Sequence record: OP114734.1
DNA: 64,000 nucleotides
Strand: one strand, 5' to 3'
Origin: Escherichia phage vB_ESM-pEJ01
How positions within the stretch are numbered: position 1 is the stretch's first letter; each line of letters starts with the position of its first letter. The notes below the pieces were generated by a model that was given only the letters and a program-made list of their open reading frames with translations, made no database searches and was not told the DNA's origin. The position numbers and the translations under genes are program-made. Below, in pieces: positions 17,503 through 27,948 of the stretch.

Positions 17503-18138
17503 TCAAGCGAACGTAGAAAGCAAATGTTTTGTTTCTTTCAGTTGTCTTTCAAGATCTTTGCGTTTCTCTTTAAGTTGCATTTTAGCATTATTTCGCTCTC
17601 TTGAAACCTCTCTATCAATGCTCTTAGTCCAATTATCAATATCAGAATAAGTTGGCATACCCAATTCTAAGCCTAATGCGGTTGGATACAGGGTAACAGT
17701 CCATAAACCGCTAATCTTCTTAAATAGGTCGGGGTGTAGTGTACTATCTACATCTTCCGGTGTCAACTCTTTTTCTTCTTTCAGTGGTGGGATCTCGTCA
17801 TATGGTTCCAGTGCATTTACTTTAATATCAGATACCTCATCAAAGAATCCGCGTACATCCGCAGGAAATACACAAGCAATTTCCCAACCGTGGTCACGCA
17901 GAGAAGTAATATTTTTCACTCCCCCACCATGTGTGATGATTGATGTGACATTGCCATCAAGGTCCACCGAATTTACGAGAAATGGCTTATCGTCTGTCAG
18001 ATCATTATAAAACTGTGCTTCGGCTGTAGTCATCTCCAGAAACAGATCTCGGATCGGACGACCATCAGGTGCGTTACCTTCCTTGAGAGTATAAAAACGA
18101 CTTACGATCCATTTTGGCGGTAAAGCATTAGCGATCAT
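17503..18138 (-). CDS. hypothetical protein (211 aa) with C-terminal coiled coil
   Basis: ORF; RBS AGGAGA. Confidence 0.45.
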   Translation of the reverse strand: MIANALPPKWIVSRFYTLKEGNAPDGRPIRDLFLEMTTAEAQFYNDLTDDKPFLVNSVDLDGNVTSIITHGGGVKNITSLRDHGWEIACVFPADVRGFFDEVSDIKVNALEPYDEIPPLKEEKELTPEDVDSTLHPDLFKKISGLWTVTLYPTALGLELGMPTYSDIDNWTKSIDREVSRERNNAKMQLKEKRKDLERQLKETKHLLSTFA

Positions 18139-18162
18139 GTTATATCTCCTATCAAATCATTC

Positions 18163-18184
18163 ACCAGCGCCCCGCAGGGCGCAT
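18163..18184. other. GC-rich stem-loop GCGCCC-cgca-GGGCGC between genes 41 and downstream ORF
   Basis: Perfect 6-bp stem; no T-run on the transcribed strand, so probably a processing or regulatory structure rather than a terminator. Confidence 0.3.
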
Positions 18185-18188
18185 TTTA

Positions 18189-19601
18189 TTAGAAAGTCAT
18201 GTTATTTGCTAGCTCGTCGAGTTTTTCTCGTTTCTCGGCTTGCTGTGCGCTTTGTGGTTTAACTTGTGCATTCTCCTGATCTGCGATCTGGTTTGGTACT
18301 TCATACCAACGCTGATTGCCTTTTTTCACACCAACGTTAAACCGTGAATAATAGTTCTTATCACCGTAACGAGACTTGATCTGCTTCATGAGTTGGACGC
18401 CCATTTTAGCCAGGTCTTCGGTTTCGATAACACCCAACATAAAGTCGGCAGTAGCCGGAAGACCTGCCGATTCAGCGGTATCACTCATGTTAAGGTCGGA
18501 AGCATCCCAACCCGCGCGGGTAGTCTGTGCCGCAGTCCAACCAACAACATCCCACTTAACAAAAAATCCTCGCAGTTCTTCCGCAATCGCCTTAACTAGT
18601 GTGTAACTATTTTCAGAGTATACACGCAAGCGAGACGATGCGCAAATCCCAAGATAGTCAACAATCACAACATCAGGTTTAAACTGTTTCTTGAGTCGCA
18701 ATTCATTCATTAACGCCTCAAAGTGATTGGAGTTCGCGCCACCAGTCGGATACTGCTTGATCATCAATTTTCCAACCGGACGATCTCCGATCTTCTTATT
18801 CTTAACACGCTTCATACGTGCGGAATATTCCGCAAAAGAAACATTACCATTATCCAATTCATCTAATGTAATGTCAAGCAAGTTTGCGTCAATACGTTTG
18901 GCTACGACATGCTCTGCCATCTCCATTGAGATATACAATACATCATAACCACATTCCATATAATCCGCAGCAAGAGAACACAGTCCAAGCGATTTGCCAA
19001 CGTTTACACCAGCAAGCAACACGTTTAGCGTTTTTCTTTCCGCCCCTCCTTTCGTGATTTTATTCAACATCGGCAGCTTAAATGGGATCTTATTCGCCTT
19101 AGTCTGATATAACAGGAATCGTTTTTCAAAGTCATTAAACCAGTCATGACCTACATCAGAATCAAACGTAATGGATAGTGCTTCCTGCATAATTTCAGGA
19201 ATAGCGCCCTCACTAGGCAATTTCTTATTCTGTTTCTCTTTTGGTAGTTGTGCGTTCGCCTGAATCTCTAGCGCCCGTGACATTGCATTGTACATAGCAC
19301 GGTCACGAATAAATTTTTCGGTTTCCTTCATTAACCAATCAAGGTCTTCCGGTGTATTCTCCAGCGAATCGAGAAGAGTTTTAGCCCCTTCATATGTTGT
19401 CTGATTGCCTCTCTCCTTGTCTAAAGCAATCTGTAATGCAGTTGGCGTAGGAATATTGGAATATTCGTCTACGTGCTTTTTAATCAGCTTATAAATCAGT
19501 TTTTCTTCGTCTTCGGTGAAGTAGTCCGCTTTAAGGTGAGGCCATACATTCGTAAAGAATGCGCCATTGTAAATCAACTGTGAAAAGATAGTTTTAATCA
19601 T
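18189..19601 (-). CDS. 41: replicative DNA helicase (DnaB-like, T4 gp41 homologue)
   Basis: 470 aa; Walker A LLAGVNVGKS, Walker B VVIVDYLG, typical DnaB C-terminal RecA fold. Confidence 0.9.
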   Translation of the reverse strand: MIKTIFSQLIYNGAFFTNVWPHLKADYFTEDEEKLIYKLIKKHVDEYSNIPTPTALQIALDKERGNQTTYEGAKTLLDSLENTPEDLDWLMKETEKFIRDRAMYNAMSRALEIQANAQLPKEKQNKKLPSEGAIPEIMQEALSITFDSDVGHDWFNDFEKRFLLYQTKANKIPFKLPMLNKITKGGAERKTLNVLLAGVNVGKSLGLCSLAADYMECGYDVLYISMEMAEHVVAKRIDANLLDITLDELDNGNVSFAEYSARMKRVKNKKIGDRPVGKLMIKQYPTGGANSNHFEALMNELRLKKQFKPDVVIVDYLGICASSRLRVYSENSYTLVKAIAEELRGFFVKWDVVGWTAAQTTRAGWDASDLNMSDTAESAGLPATADFMLGVIETEDLAKMGVQLMKQIKSRYGDKNYYSRFNVGVKKGNQRWYEVPNQIADQENAQVKPQSAQQAEKREKLDELANNMTF

Positions 19602-19915
19602 ACGTAGCCCCCAACTACACGCATAACAAAGGTCTTGAGTTTATACCAGAAAGTTTCTTTTTTCAACTTTTCTTCTGCTTCTTTGATCTGCGCGGTTAAC
19701 GCCTTAATGACGTGTGGATATACCACATCACGATCTGACGGCGTGGAGTAGTCGACCACAATACCTTTAGTGTCTGGATCGTATTCAACATTATGAATAT
19801 AGACAATATGATGTTCTCCCTCTTCATCAACAATTATCAGTTCCTGAATAACTGTCTTCATTGCTTCTTGAATCAAGCTGTGTGCTTCTTCTAAACTTGT
19901 TGGTTTCTTATCCAT
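19598..19915 (-). CDS. hypothetical protein (T4 gene 40 position)
   Basis: ORF between 41 and uvsX; GAGAGGA RBS. Confidence 0.4.
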   Translation of the reverse strand: MDKKPTSLEEAHSLIQEAMKTVIQELIIVDEEGEHHIVYIHNVEYDPDTKGIVVDYSTPSDRDVVYPHVIKALTAQIKEAEEKLKKETFWYKLKTFVMRVVGGYV

Positions 19916-19941
19916 AATATAATCCTCTCAGTCAAAATATC

Positions 19942-19970
19942 ATTTTACTACTTTAATTATTCTATGTCAA
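19942..19970 (-). promoter_or_regulatory. early-type promoter (-35 TTGACA, 17 nt, -10 TAAAAT)
   Basis: Overlaps stop of HNH gene; feeds ORF 19598..19915. Confidence 0.5.
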
Positions 19971-20706
19971 CAAATTTCCAATTTGGAAAGTCTGGACTCA
20001 TACAACGACGCCGAACGGTTCCGCGCTCGTTTCCTAGTACCTTAGATACTTCCGATACAGATTTATAAATCACACCATCAACAAATACAGCCTTTCGGTC
20101 TTTCCTGTTTTGGTTTTTGCTCTTTTCTCTTCTGGCTTCTACGTTATCCGAATCATTCCATTGTCTCTTTGCTGTCTCTCTGGAAGATATTGCCTTTTGT
20201 TCTTTAACAATATCTTTAACGAGTTGTTCTTGTCCTGTTATCTTCGCCCACACATTAACAGACTGGATAGCATTAGCCTCACTCATTCCCCAGCGTTTGC
20301 CGGATATATTCTTACGACGCACGCGTAGAAATTCGTTAAAGACTTCTTCGCATTGGTGCATATAATCACGAAATCCATATTTCTTAGCCCATGCCTCTTT
20401 AATTGCATCAGACATATTTTCGGCAATACGTCTACGCATCCATGCATACTCCTTATTATTGCGACCGTGACTGGTCATGCACATCATACGCGAAGCCATA
20501 ATAAGACCCACATGTTTAGGATACATTTTAGCTAAAAGTAGATGTGCTGTAAAGTGTTCCTCTGGAGTCAATGGAACGAGATTTTCGTGGTCATCGGTTC
20601 CACCCATACAACGTGGTTTAACGTGATGGATCTCTACATATCCGGTCGGCTTCTCGCGGGTTCTTGCTCGTTCAATCAATTTTTTGTAATGTGCTTTGTA
20701 GTTCAT
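19957..20706 (-). CDS. HNH homing endonuclease with C-terminal DNA-binding module
   Basis: HNH motif YVEIHHVKPRCMGGTDDHENLVPLTPEEHFTAH; start set at MNYKAH with GGAGGA RBS; inserted between uvsX and gene 40/41 block. Confidence 0.75.
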   Translation of the reverse strand: MNYKAHYKKLIERARTREKPTGYVEIHHVKPRCMGGTDDHENLVPLTPEEHFTAHLLLAKMYPKHVGLIMASRMMCMTSHGRNNKEYAWMRRRIAENMSDAIKEAWAKKYGFRDYMHQCEEVFNEFLRVRRKNISGKRWGMSEANAIQSVNVWAKITGQEQLVKDIVKEQKAISSRETAKRQWNDSDNVEARREKSKNQNRKDRKAVFVDGVIYKSVSEVSKVLGNERGTVRRRCMSPDFPNWKFVDIE

Positions 20707-20719
20707 GTGATCCTCCATA

Positions 20720-20744
20720 TGAAAAAGGGGCATAACGCCCCTTA
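20720..20744 (-). terminator. rho-independent terminator after uvsX
   Basis: AAGGGGC-ataac-GCCCCTT hairpin followed by TTTTTC on minus strand. Confidence 0.6.
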
Positions 20745-20757
20745 ACTGTCACTGATA

Positions 20758-21828
20758 TTATGCTAACATATCTTCGATTTCTTTGTCAACTGCTTCGTCG
20801 CTGATAATCTGGCCTAACTGATAATGATCGTTGATTGCTTTCTGGAAGTGCTCATTGGTCAGTAGAGGTTTCCAGAACTCCACACTGTCAGTGTCTTTTG
20901 CACGCACCTTGCGGTCTTCAACTTCCATTTCTCCGGTCTCCTCGTTAAGAATAGCGCGAGAATACCAGCCATTTGATGGTTTAACTACCCAACCCAACTC
21001 CACCGCAAGATCCAGCAATCCAGAATAAGGATCGATGCCACCACTAAACGTTACGCTAATCGGGAACTTTGATCCCTCTCTAACCGTTCGTGATTTCTCG
21101 GCTTTCAGAATAAAGTCATAACCCGTAACCTCGGTTCCTTCTTTCTGCTGGCGACGCCCAATGATGAAAATTTCATTGGAAGAGTAAACGCCACCAGTAC
21201 CGCCACCCATGATATCTTTCGGGTAAAGATCCATTGAGCTATAAACGTGGTTAATCGCAATGCACGGAATATCATTCATGGTCAGATACGGCGTAATCAT
21301 ACGGAACAAGCCTTTAAGTGCTTTAGCTCTCGTCATATCCTGTGCCGATTTCTCATTAATCGCGTCTTCAACTTCTTTTTTACTTGCCAAGTTACCGATT
21401 GAGTCAATAAAGATGATCACTTTATCTTCACGGGTAATTTGCTCAAGCTGGTTCATGATCTCAAATTTAAGTTCTTCGATGTTCTTGATTGGAACGTGCA
21501 CCACTCGATCAGGATCTACACCCATAGATGACAGATACGCGGAAGTAATGCCAAATTCTGAATCAAAGAACAAACAAGCCGCATCTGGATTCTGTTTCAT
21601 GTATGCACTAACACAAGTTAATCCCATGTTTGATTTAAAGTGCTTAGACGGACCAGCAAAGAAAATCAGACCAGATTGAAAGCCTTTTTTAAGATCACCA
21701 GAAAACGCAATATTCAGCATCGGGATCTTAGTGCGAGTATTTGTTTTTTCGTTAAAGAAGCTGGATTTAGACAGTACCGCAGTAGTTTTCAGGGTAGAGT
21801 TCTTTTTCAGTTTTTCCAGTACAGACAT
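20758..21828 (-). CDS. uvsX: UvsX recombinase (RecA-like)
   Basis: 356 aa; Walker A FAGPSKHFKS and RecA-fold core (IFIDSIGNLASKKE). Confidence 0.85.
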   Translation of the reverse strand: MSVLEKLKKNSTLKTTAVLSKSSFFNEKTNTRTKIPMLNIAFSGDLKKGFQSGLIFFAGPSKHFKSNMGLTCVSAYMKQNPDAACLFFDSEFGITSAYLSSMGVDPDRVVHVPIKNIEELKFEIMNQLEQITREDKVIIFIDSIGNLASKKEVEDAINEKSAQDMTRAKALKGLFRMITPYLTMNDIPCIAINHVYSSMDLYPKDIMGGGTGGVYSSNEIFIIGRRQQKEGTEVTGYDFILKAEKSRTVREGSKFPISVTFSGGIDPYSGLLDLAVELGWVVKPSNGWYSRAILNEETGEMEVEDRKVRAKDTDSVEFWKPLLTNEHFQKAINDHYQLGQIISDEAVDKEIEDMLA

Positions 21829-21839
21829 TATTAATACCT

Positions 21840-22067
21840 CTATTCAGTTAATCCGTAATACTTTAATTGCTTCATTGTTATTCGATCTTTGTAGTGCTCT
21901 TGAATTAACTTTTTCATCACATCAACATCGATCGTCACAAATACTTCGTTGCTGTGATTTCCGTGAACTTTCTTGAAATGCTCTATGCCTTCCTCACGTT
22001 CACGTTTAATCTTTTCAATGTCTCTCATAATATATTTCTCACATTGGCGGGTATCGTAACCCAACAC
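21840..22067 (-). CDS. hypothetical protein (75 aa)
   Basis: Only ORF between uvsX and gene 43. Confidence 0.4.
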   Translation of the reverse strand: MLGYDTRQCEKYIMRDIEKIKREREEGIEHFKKVHGNHSNEVFVTIDVDVMKKLIQEHYKDRITMKQLKYYGLTE

Positions 22068-22089
22068 CCGCCATTATACACACTTTATC

Positions 22090-24768
22090 TTAAATGTCAA
22101 ACAGGTCCGTAAGCGATGCCACCTTTTCATATTGCAGCTTTGCAGCCGTGGTAATGTTCTCCAGTGGTTTGACGAAAGTCTTATTAAACAACAAAGGCCA
22201 GTCCAACCACTTCAACACCTCTGATTCAATTTCTGGAGGAATACGAGTACCAGACAACCAACCAAAACAGATTTCTCCAAACGGATTTCGATCTTTAAGC
22301 GGTACAATCATAACCTTCTCGCCTTCACGAATCGGATCTAGTCCGAATTTTCGAGCATTACGATTATAACACAATACACTCTTAACCGCATACGGACAAC
22401 CCTTAATCGGATACCCGTTTGAATCGCTGTATTTCTGTAGGTTGTTTGCAGATGATACCGCAGCAACATCAAGATAGTCAAGTTTTCTAAATTCTTGCTC
22501 AAAAATACCGTAGTATTCCTGCAATGACTCTTCACCTTCCTGCAACATACGGCGAATACATTCTTTCAGTGATTTCTGACATGCTTTAGGGGTGGAGCTA
22601 CGTTGCGTTTCCAAGCCCATGATTTTTAGCTTAGGTTCAGCAAAGCGCGTTCCTTCCATATCCCAAACATTAAGAGCATAACGCTTTTTGCCAGTCCAGA
22701 ATCCACCGATACCCGCAGATTTCAACGGAGGACCAGCAATTGCCTCACGGTCCATAAACATCAAGTGCTCATAGTTGTTCATGTACTCGCATAACTCGCG
22801 ATATCCCTTGTCGATAATAGGTTCCATTCGATGTTTACCGAAATTATCAAGGAAGTCAACAAGTTTTTCGGTATCGTCGAAACGATCTTCCCCGCCAACC
22901 TTATCAACAACATTGTTAACCAGCACATAAACGGAGTCAGTATCACAATAACGAACATATGCAAAATCGGTTGTTCCGCAAAGCTCGTTTAAGTATTCGT
23001 TAATCTTACGCTCAATCCACTGAATTGCAAGCTGACCGAACAGTGTGATCGCACTAGCGTTACGGAGATCATAAAAACGGAATTTAGGATTCCCCAACGC
23101 ACCATAAAGTGAGTTGATCAAAACTTTTCGAGAAAGCTGGTTTGTATTGCACAAGATCGACTCGTCTTTACATTCTTCCAGCAATTTCTCTAAGGTATCT
23201 TTGCTTAATTCAGAAAGCATCGATTTAAACGCTTCATCGAAGTCGTGACGCACTTCAACGCTATAGCTAATGGTTCCCCCATAAACATGATTTTCATCGT
23301 GTAGAATCGCTTTACATAGTTCAGCATTGCGATCACATGCCAACATCATGTTTTTGTACTGCTTACGCTGATCGAATACCTTTTTAATCTCAATCGGTAC
23401 GATACCATGAATATCTTTTCTATACATCCATCCGTTAGGCGAGCAAGAATACTCATCACTCGGACGTGGTGCAGTTTTATTGATATACTCGTGCATCGGT
23501 GCAGCATCAAAAGATCCAGCGATTGTTTCAGGAGAAATATTAACCTGTCGAATAATAGATGGGTACAGACTTGTTAAGTCAAAGCTCATCATCCAACGGT
23601 AAGCATTTGGCACAGGTTCTTTTACAAATGCGCCTGGATACGTCTGCTTAGGCTGTATCTTATTTTCCGGTACTACTTTACCCTCAGCTTTCAGAGATCC
23701 GAAGATAATAGCATCCCATACTTTCATCGGGTTATAAACATGGTTAAATTTAATCTTTGCATAGAAACATAGACTATACACAAGATCGATAAATCCACGC
23801 TTTTTATCAATCGCCAGCACACGATCAACGTCGCCGATGTTATAATCGATGTAAAGTTGATGGTTGTCATCACGCAATTTCTTTAACGGACCATCATAAT
23901 CAACCTTACCGATTCCTGTCTCATATTCAGCAACATAATCTAACGCATATGTTGGTTGAGTCGTAAAGCTAAATTTCTTGTACAGGTCAATATAATCAAG
24001 GCTTTCGATCCCCATGATCGTAAATGCTTCACGCTCGTTGCCAAAATCATCCTGTGAGATTCTGGATTTAATCTTACCGCACGGGCTTAGACGGTTAGCG
24101 GTTCTACTTCCGAACTTATTACTGATACGTTTAATGATATATGGAATATCGAATGTTTCTGTGTTCCAGCCAGTGAAACCAACGGGTCGGTTTTCCTCAA
24201 AGAATCGGATGTATTCTAACAGCAATTCATCTTCTGTGTCATAGACGTTATAAACAACGCGCTCTACAATATCAGGTCGAAGAATAGACTTGCTTGCTTC
24301 CCAGATTTCACCGTTTTTTCCTTTCAAATCAAATACAAAGAAACGATCATGTACGGAATCATAATGCGTAATTGCATCGATAGGATATTTCGCTTCTTCT
24401 GGTTTAGGAAATTCTGGGGCAGTGACCTCAATATCAACCCATGCTACACGGATTTTATTTCGGTCATATCGAATCTCGCCTTTATACGTATCAGACAGAT
24501 AGGAGATGATAAAATCATCCATCCCTAGTGCCTCCTGCCCCATTTCTCCCATCTTTTTACGCCATTTGTTGGCCTCGTTCATAGATGGGAATTTTTTAGC
24601 AATGCAAGGCTTGCCATAGATATCTTTATAATTCGTAACCATACCAGGCGCGGCATGATGAAATAATGTTGGCGTATATTCAACGTAACGCTCTTGTTCT
24701 TGTCCAGCATCATCAATATAACGCTCGTAGATCTTATCACCTACTCGCTCACATGACAGAAAATACAT
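22090..24768 (-). CDS. 43: DNA polymerase (family B, T4 gp43 homologue)
   Basis: Exo and pol motifs (DIEVT, YGDTDS, KKRYA, SLYPSII); start set to ATG MYFLSC.. with GAAGGAG RBS (track start 24798 is GTG inside leader). Confidence 0.9.
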   Translation of the reverse strand: MYFLSCERVGDKIYERYIDDAGQEQERYVEYTPTLFHHAAPGMVTNYKDIYGKPCIAKKFPSMNEANKWRKKMGEMGQEALGMDDFIISYLSDTYKGEIRYDRNKIRVAWVDIEVTAPEFPKPEEAKYPIDAITHYDSVHDRFFVFDLKGKNGEIWEASKSILRPDIVERVVYNVYDTEDELLLEYIRFFEENRPVGFTGWNTETFDIPYIIKRISNKFGSRTANRLSPCGKIKSRISQDDFGNEREAFTIMGIESLDYIDLYKKFSFTTQPTYALDYVAEYETGIGKVDYDGPLKKLRDDNHQLYIDYNIGDVDRVLAIDKKRGFIDLVYSLCFYAKIKFNHVYNPMKVWDAIIFGSLKAEGKVVPENKIQPKQTYPGAFVKEPVPNAYRWMMSFDLTSLYPSIIRQVNISPETIAGSFDAAPMHEYINKTAPRPSDEYSCSPNGWMYRKDIHGIVPIEIKKVFDQRKQYKNMMLACDRNAELCKAILHDENHVYGGTISYSVEVRHDFDEAFKSMLSELSKDTLEKLLEECKDESILCNTNQLSRKVLINSLYGALGNPKFRFYDLRNASAITLFGQLAIQWIERKINEYLNELCGTTDFAYVRYCDTDSVYVLVNNVVDKVGGEDRFDDTEKLVDFLDNFGKHRMEPIIDKGYRELCEYMNNYEHLMFMDREAIAGPPLKSAGIGGFWTGKKRYALNVWDMEGTRFAEPKLKIMGLETQRSSTPKACQKSLKECIRRMLQEGEESLQEYYGIFEQEFRKLDYLDVAAVSSANNLQKYSDSNGYPIKGCPYAVKSVLCYNRNARKFGLDPIREGEKVMIVPLKDRNPFGEICFGWLSGTRIPPEIESEVLKWLDWPLLFNKTFVKPLENITTAAKLQYEKVASLTDLFDI

Positions 24769-24800
24769 AATATAAACTCCTTCATTTACGAAAGACACTC

Positions 24801-24829
24801 ATTATAGGGGAATCGACCTAGTTTGTCAA
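24801..24829 (-). promoter_or_regulatory. promoter upstream of gene 43 (-35 TTGACA, 17 nt, -10 TATAAT) flanked by GGGG/CCCC
   Basis: Minus strand TTGACAaactaggtcgattccccTATAAT. Confidence 0.55.
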
Positions 24830-24850
24830 TACCCCTATCCCATCAGTATC

Positions 24851-25213
24851 TTAGCGTCCGATCTGATATTTCTCGATCAGCGTCCACTCTTCTTTCTGTT
24901 TGAAAGACAGTACACGGAAATTATTAACTTCGGTAGTTTCAAAATCACTATCAATCAGGGTACACAGATTCCACTGCGCCAGAAGTTTTGCAATGTTATT
25001 ACGGCGTAATTCATCTTCCCACGTCATTTTAACACTACGACCATCTAATTTCAACAACTCCTTGAAATGAACGATGTAATAGCGCCCCTTCTTCTGGAGA
25101 ATATGACAAGACTGATACAGTGTCTTGTCTCGATTGTTGGCAATGCCGCAGCGGGTTAAAGTCTCCTTAATTTTAAGGAAGTTTTCAGGACTAATCAAAT
25201 TAATTTCAATCAT
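24851..25213 (-). CDS. regA: translational repressor RegA
   Basis: Near-identical blocks to T4 RegA (TLTRCGIANN, LYQSCHILQKKG, YIVHFKE, NNFRV.SFKQK). Confidence 0.9.
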   Translation of the reverse strand: MIEINLISPENFLKIKETLTRCGIANNRDKTLYQSCHILQKKGRYYIVHFKELLKLDGRSVKMTWEDELRRNNIAKLLAQWNLCTLIDSDFETTEVNNFRVLSFKQKEEWTLIEKYQIGR

Positions 25214-25214
25214 T

Positions 25215-25793
25215 TTACCACCTTTCTATAATCTTTTTAAGTCGTTTCCTTTCTGTCTGATTCTTAGTAACACCCGCCAAAAGTTCATCGGTCGCATACG
25301 GTTTAATGTGCTTCAATAACTTGTCCATATATCCCTTTTCATTAGCCAAATCGAGATAAAACCGGGCGTCATCCATATTTACACAATATGCTTTCGCCAC
25401 TGCCATTAAAACCAATTTTTGGTCCAATTCTTCTGTTAGTTTAGCCCATTTACCGTATCGTTTCCCCTTAGAAATACTCTGTAAGAGATAATCAAAATGC
25501 ATTTGATCTGGGAGGCCATGACCGATTAAATTCATCACATACGCGCTATATAGGCAATCTGCGTGCTGGGAAAGAGCGGTGTTAATCCATCTCTGGTTAT
25601 ATGCAGAATTGTTTCCCACATTAACGCGCTGTTTATCTAAGGTGATATGATCCATCAGAGCAAATAATGCATTGTCGGTTTTCTCGGTGAATGTATCCGC
25701 TAATTCAGACACCTTTTCCCAATCACGAGAACGCCATGCAATTTCATGCTCGTTTAATTGTGTATCATCTTCACCGAAAAATTGACCTAACAT
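25215..25793 (-). CDS. 62: clamp loader small subunit (T4 gp62 homologue)
   Basis: 192 aa, position between 44 and regA. Confidence 0.8.
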   Translation of the reverse strand: MLGQFFGEDDTQLNEHEIAWRSRDWEKVSELADTFTEKTDNALFALMDHITLDKQRVNVGNNSAYNQRWINTALSQHADCLYSAYVMNLIGHGLPDQMHFDYLLQSISKGKRYGKWAKLTEELDQKLVLMAVAKAYCVNMDDARFYLDLANEKGYMDKLLKHIKPYATDELLAGVTKNQTERKRLKKIIERW

Positions 25794-26782
25794 TATACGA
25801 ACTCCAATTCAACCATTAATTGCATTAACAAAAAGACAATGTGAATCTCTTTATCAGCCGCGTGCGCAAACATCTGATTATTTTCACCGATAATCTCGGT
25901 CAGACGAATAATAGAAGCTGGCTTAACTTGAGTATACAACTCATTATAAAGTTTCTTGACAAATTGAGCGTATGTATTGGTATAGCGTGGTGCGAGTTTA
26001 CGCACATTAGCAAACTGTTTAGTTTTAAGTGCTTCCACCACATCGGTTACTTCGGTATTGCTACTTTCGATAACCATGCTCAATACGCCAGCATCAATTT
26101 TACCATGTTTAGCGTAGCGGTCCAAAAGTTTCATTACGCGTCGGAAGTCTGGGAAGTTCTGCTTAACCAATTCCGCTAATACGCGCATTTCTTCTACTGG
26201 CACACCTTCTTTATCAAGAATTGCTTTACACCGGACGATCATTTCTTTCATCATGCGAAGCTGATCATCTTTAGTCGGAGATCCAAACGTGATGGGGTCA
26301 AATCGAGATCGTAACGCTGGGATAATACCTTCTAGATCGTTTGCTGTGATAATGAATGTCACGTTGTTTGAGTATGCCTCAGAGAAACTACGCAAGTGTC
26401 TTTGAGCATCAGCTAGCCCCGCTCGGTCATACTCATCGATAATAACAACTTTGCCTTTTTCTCGTTTTTCTTCATCGAGTGATACACTCTGCGCAAAGCG
26501 TGTAATCTCATCGCGGATAAAATCAATCTTACAATCTGCGCCGTTAACAAACAGATAATCAACACCCACATCTTCGCAAAGCGCCTTAGCAACGGTTGTT
26601 TTACCAGTACCCGGCGATGGGCTATGCAGTATCATAGAAGGGATTCGGCCTTGCTTAACAATCTGCGCGAAGATCTTTTTATCTGCTTCCGGCAGAATAC
26701 ATTCAGAAATTGATTTCGGACGGTATTTCTGTTCCCACTGAAACTCATTTTCATTAACACTCAGCATATAATCACCTCTCAC
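25793..26782 (-). CDS. 44: clamp loader large subunit (AAA+, T4 gp44 homologue)
   Basis: Walker A SPSPGTGKTT, Walker B VVIIDEYD, SRC-like SRF motif. Confidence 0.9.
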   Translation of the reverse strand: MRGDYMLSVNENEFQWEQKYRPKSISECILPEADKKIFAQIVKQGRIPSMILHSPSPGTGKTTVAKALCEDVGVDYLFVNGADCKIDFIRDEITRFAQSVSLDEEKREKGKVVIIDEYDRAGLADAQRHLRSFSEAYSNNVTFIITANDLEGIIPALRSRFDPITFGSPTKDDQLRMMKEMIVRCKAILDKEGVPVEEMRVLAELVKQNFPDFRRVMKLLDRYAKHGKIDAGVLSMVIESSNTEVTDVVEALKTKQFANVRKLAPRYTNTYAQFVKKLYNELYTQVKPASIIRLTEIIGENNQMFAHAADKEIHIVFLLMQLMVELEFV

Positions 26783-26832
26783 AAATTACATCATTAAAAC
26801 GGGGAGTATTTACACTCCCCACAAACATTATA

Positions 26833-27522
26833 TTAGTCGGTGTAGCTGGAGTCAAGGTCACACGCGATCATATAAGATACGGTTTCACTTGCCAGCCATA
26901 CAGCCTTACGGCGAGTGAAGCTCAGTTTGTAATCGCCGAAGTCAGTAGCAACCAGTTTCATGTTATCTTTACGAATAAAGAAATGGAAGTCTGCGGTTCC
27001 GGTATATTCGCCCATATCAAGACAAAACATCTCATTCGGATTATTTTTGTCAATCTCTTCCCAGCCTTTGATCATCAGACGACCATCAATCGGAAGAAAT
27101 TCAAGGCGATCCACTTTAAGCTGATTGCTCATTTTCATAAGCTGTTTCAGATCGTCGTTGCTCAGTTCGTAATCTACATCGCTTGCAGGTGGAGTAACTC
27201 GGCCTTTCGGTGATACGATAGCAGCAGCACTAGCACCAGGATAATTAATTTTCAGACGATCATTAGACACACGAATGTTTCCGGTGCGGTCATCAACCGT
27301 AATATCTGCTTCATCGCCTACCAGATTCAGAATACCCAGGAAAGAGTTAAGATCATAGATCCCAATTTCGTGTTCCAGTTCTTGATTCAGAGTCGCTTCA
27401 CCATATACAACGTTTGTCATGTTTTTGGTGATCAGGACGTTTCCTTTTTTCAGGATGATACCTGGGTTAATAGCGGAAAAGTTTTTCAGGGTAGCAATGG
27501 TTTCTTTAGTCAGTTTCATCAA
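26833..27522 (-). CDS. 45: sliding clamp (T4 gp45 homologue)
   Basis: 229 aa; N-terminus KLTKETIATLKNFSAINPGIIL parallels T4 gp45. Confidence 0.85.
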   Translation of the reverse strand: MMKLTKETIATLKNFSAINPGIILKKGNVLITKNMTNVVYGEATLNQELEHEIGIYDLNSFLGILNLVGDEADITVDDRTGNIRVSNDRLKINYPGASAAAIVSPKGRVTPPASDVDYELSNDDLKQLMKMSNQLKVDRLEFLPIDGRLMIKGWEEIDKNNPNEMFCLDMGEYTGTADFHFFIRKDNMKLVATDFGDYKLSFTRRKAVWLASETVSYMIACDLDSSYTD

Positions 27523-27549
27523 ATCACCTTTATCATGTTAATCAATTAA

Positions 27550-27948
27550 TTACGGGTTTACTGCGTGTTCGTTACGAATCTTGAGCATTTTGTTTTGAAA
27601 GTTTTCCGCAGCTTGCTCATCAATAGCATGAGTATACTTAAATCCAATGTATGCTGTCAAGTATTGTTGCAGAGCATAGACAGTAACAGGATTCTTTGCG
27701 GTCTTCTTGCCTTCGAGATATATCAGATCACCACGAACATCAAACGCAAGTTTACGACGAATCACATTATCAACAAACTCATCAACAACAAAATGCCAAA
27801 TGTTGCTATCGGTTCCAATATCAAAATTAATCACAAATCCTTGTTTGACATAATCAAACGGTATCGGGAATAGTTTATAGTCAAGTTCGATAAACATTAA
27901 TTGTTCTTTTAGGCTCATACGTTTCATTCTATCACTTCCCATCAGCAA
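27550..27948 (-). CDS. hypothetical protein (rpbA position, RNA polymerase-binding protein-like)
   Basis: Positional equivalence only. Confidence 0.35.
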   Translation of the reverse strand: MLMGSDRMKRMSLKEQLMFIELDYKLFPIPFDYVKQGFVINFDIGTDSNIWHFVVDEFVDNVIRRKLAFDVRGDLIYLEGKKTAKNPVTVYALQQYLTAYIGFKYTHAIDEQAAENFQNKMLKIRNEHAVNP

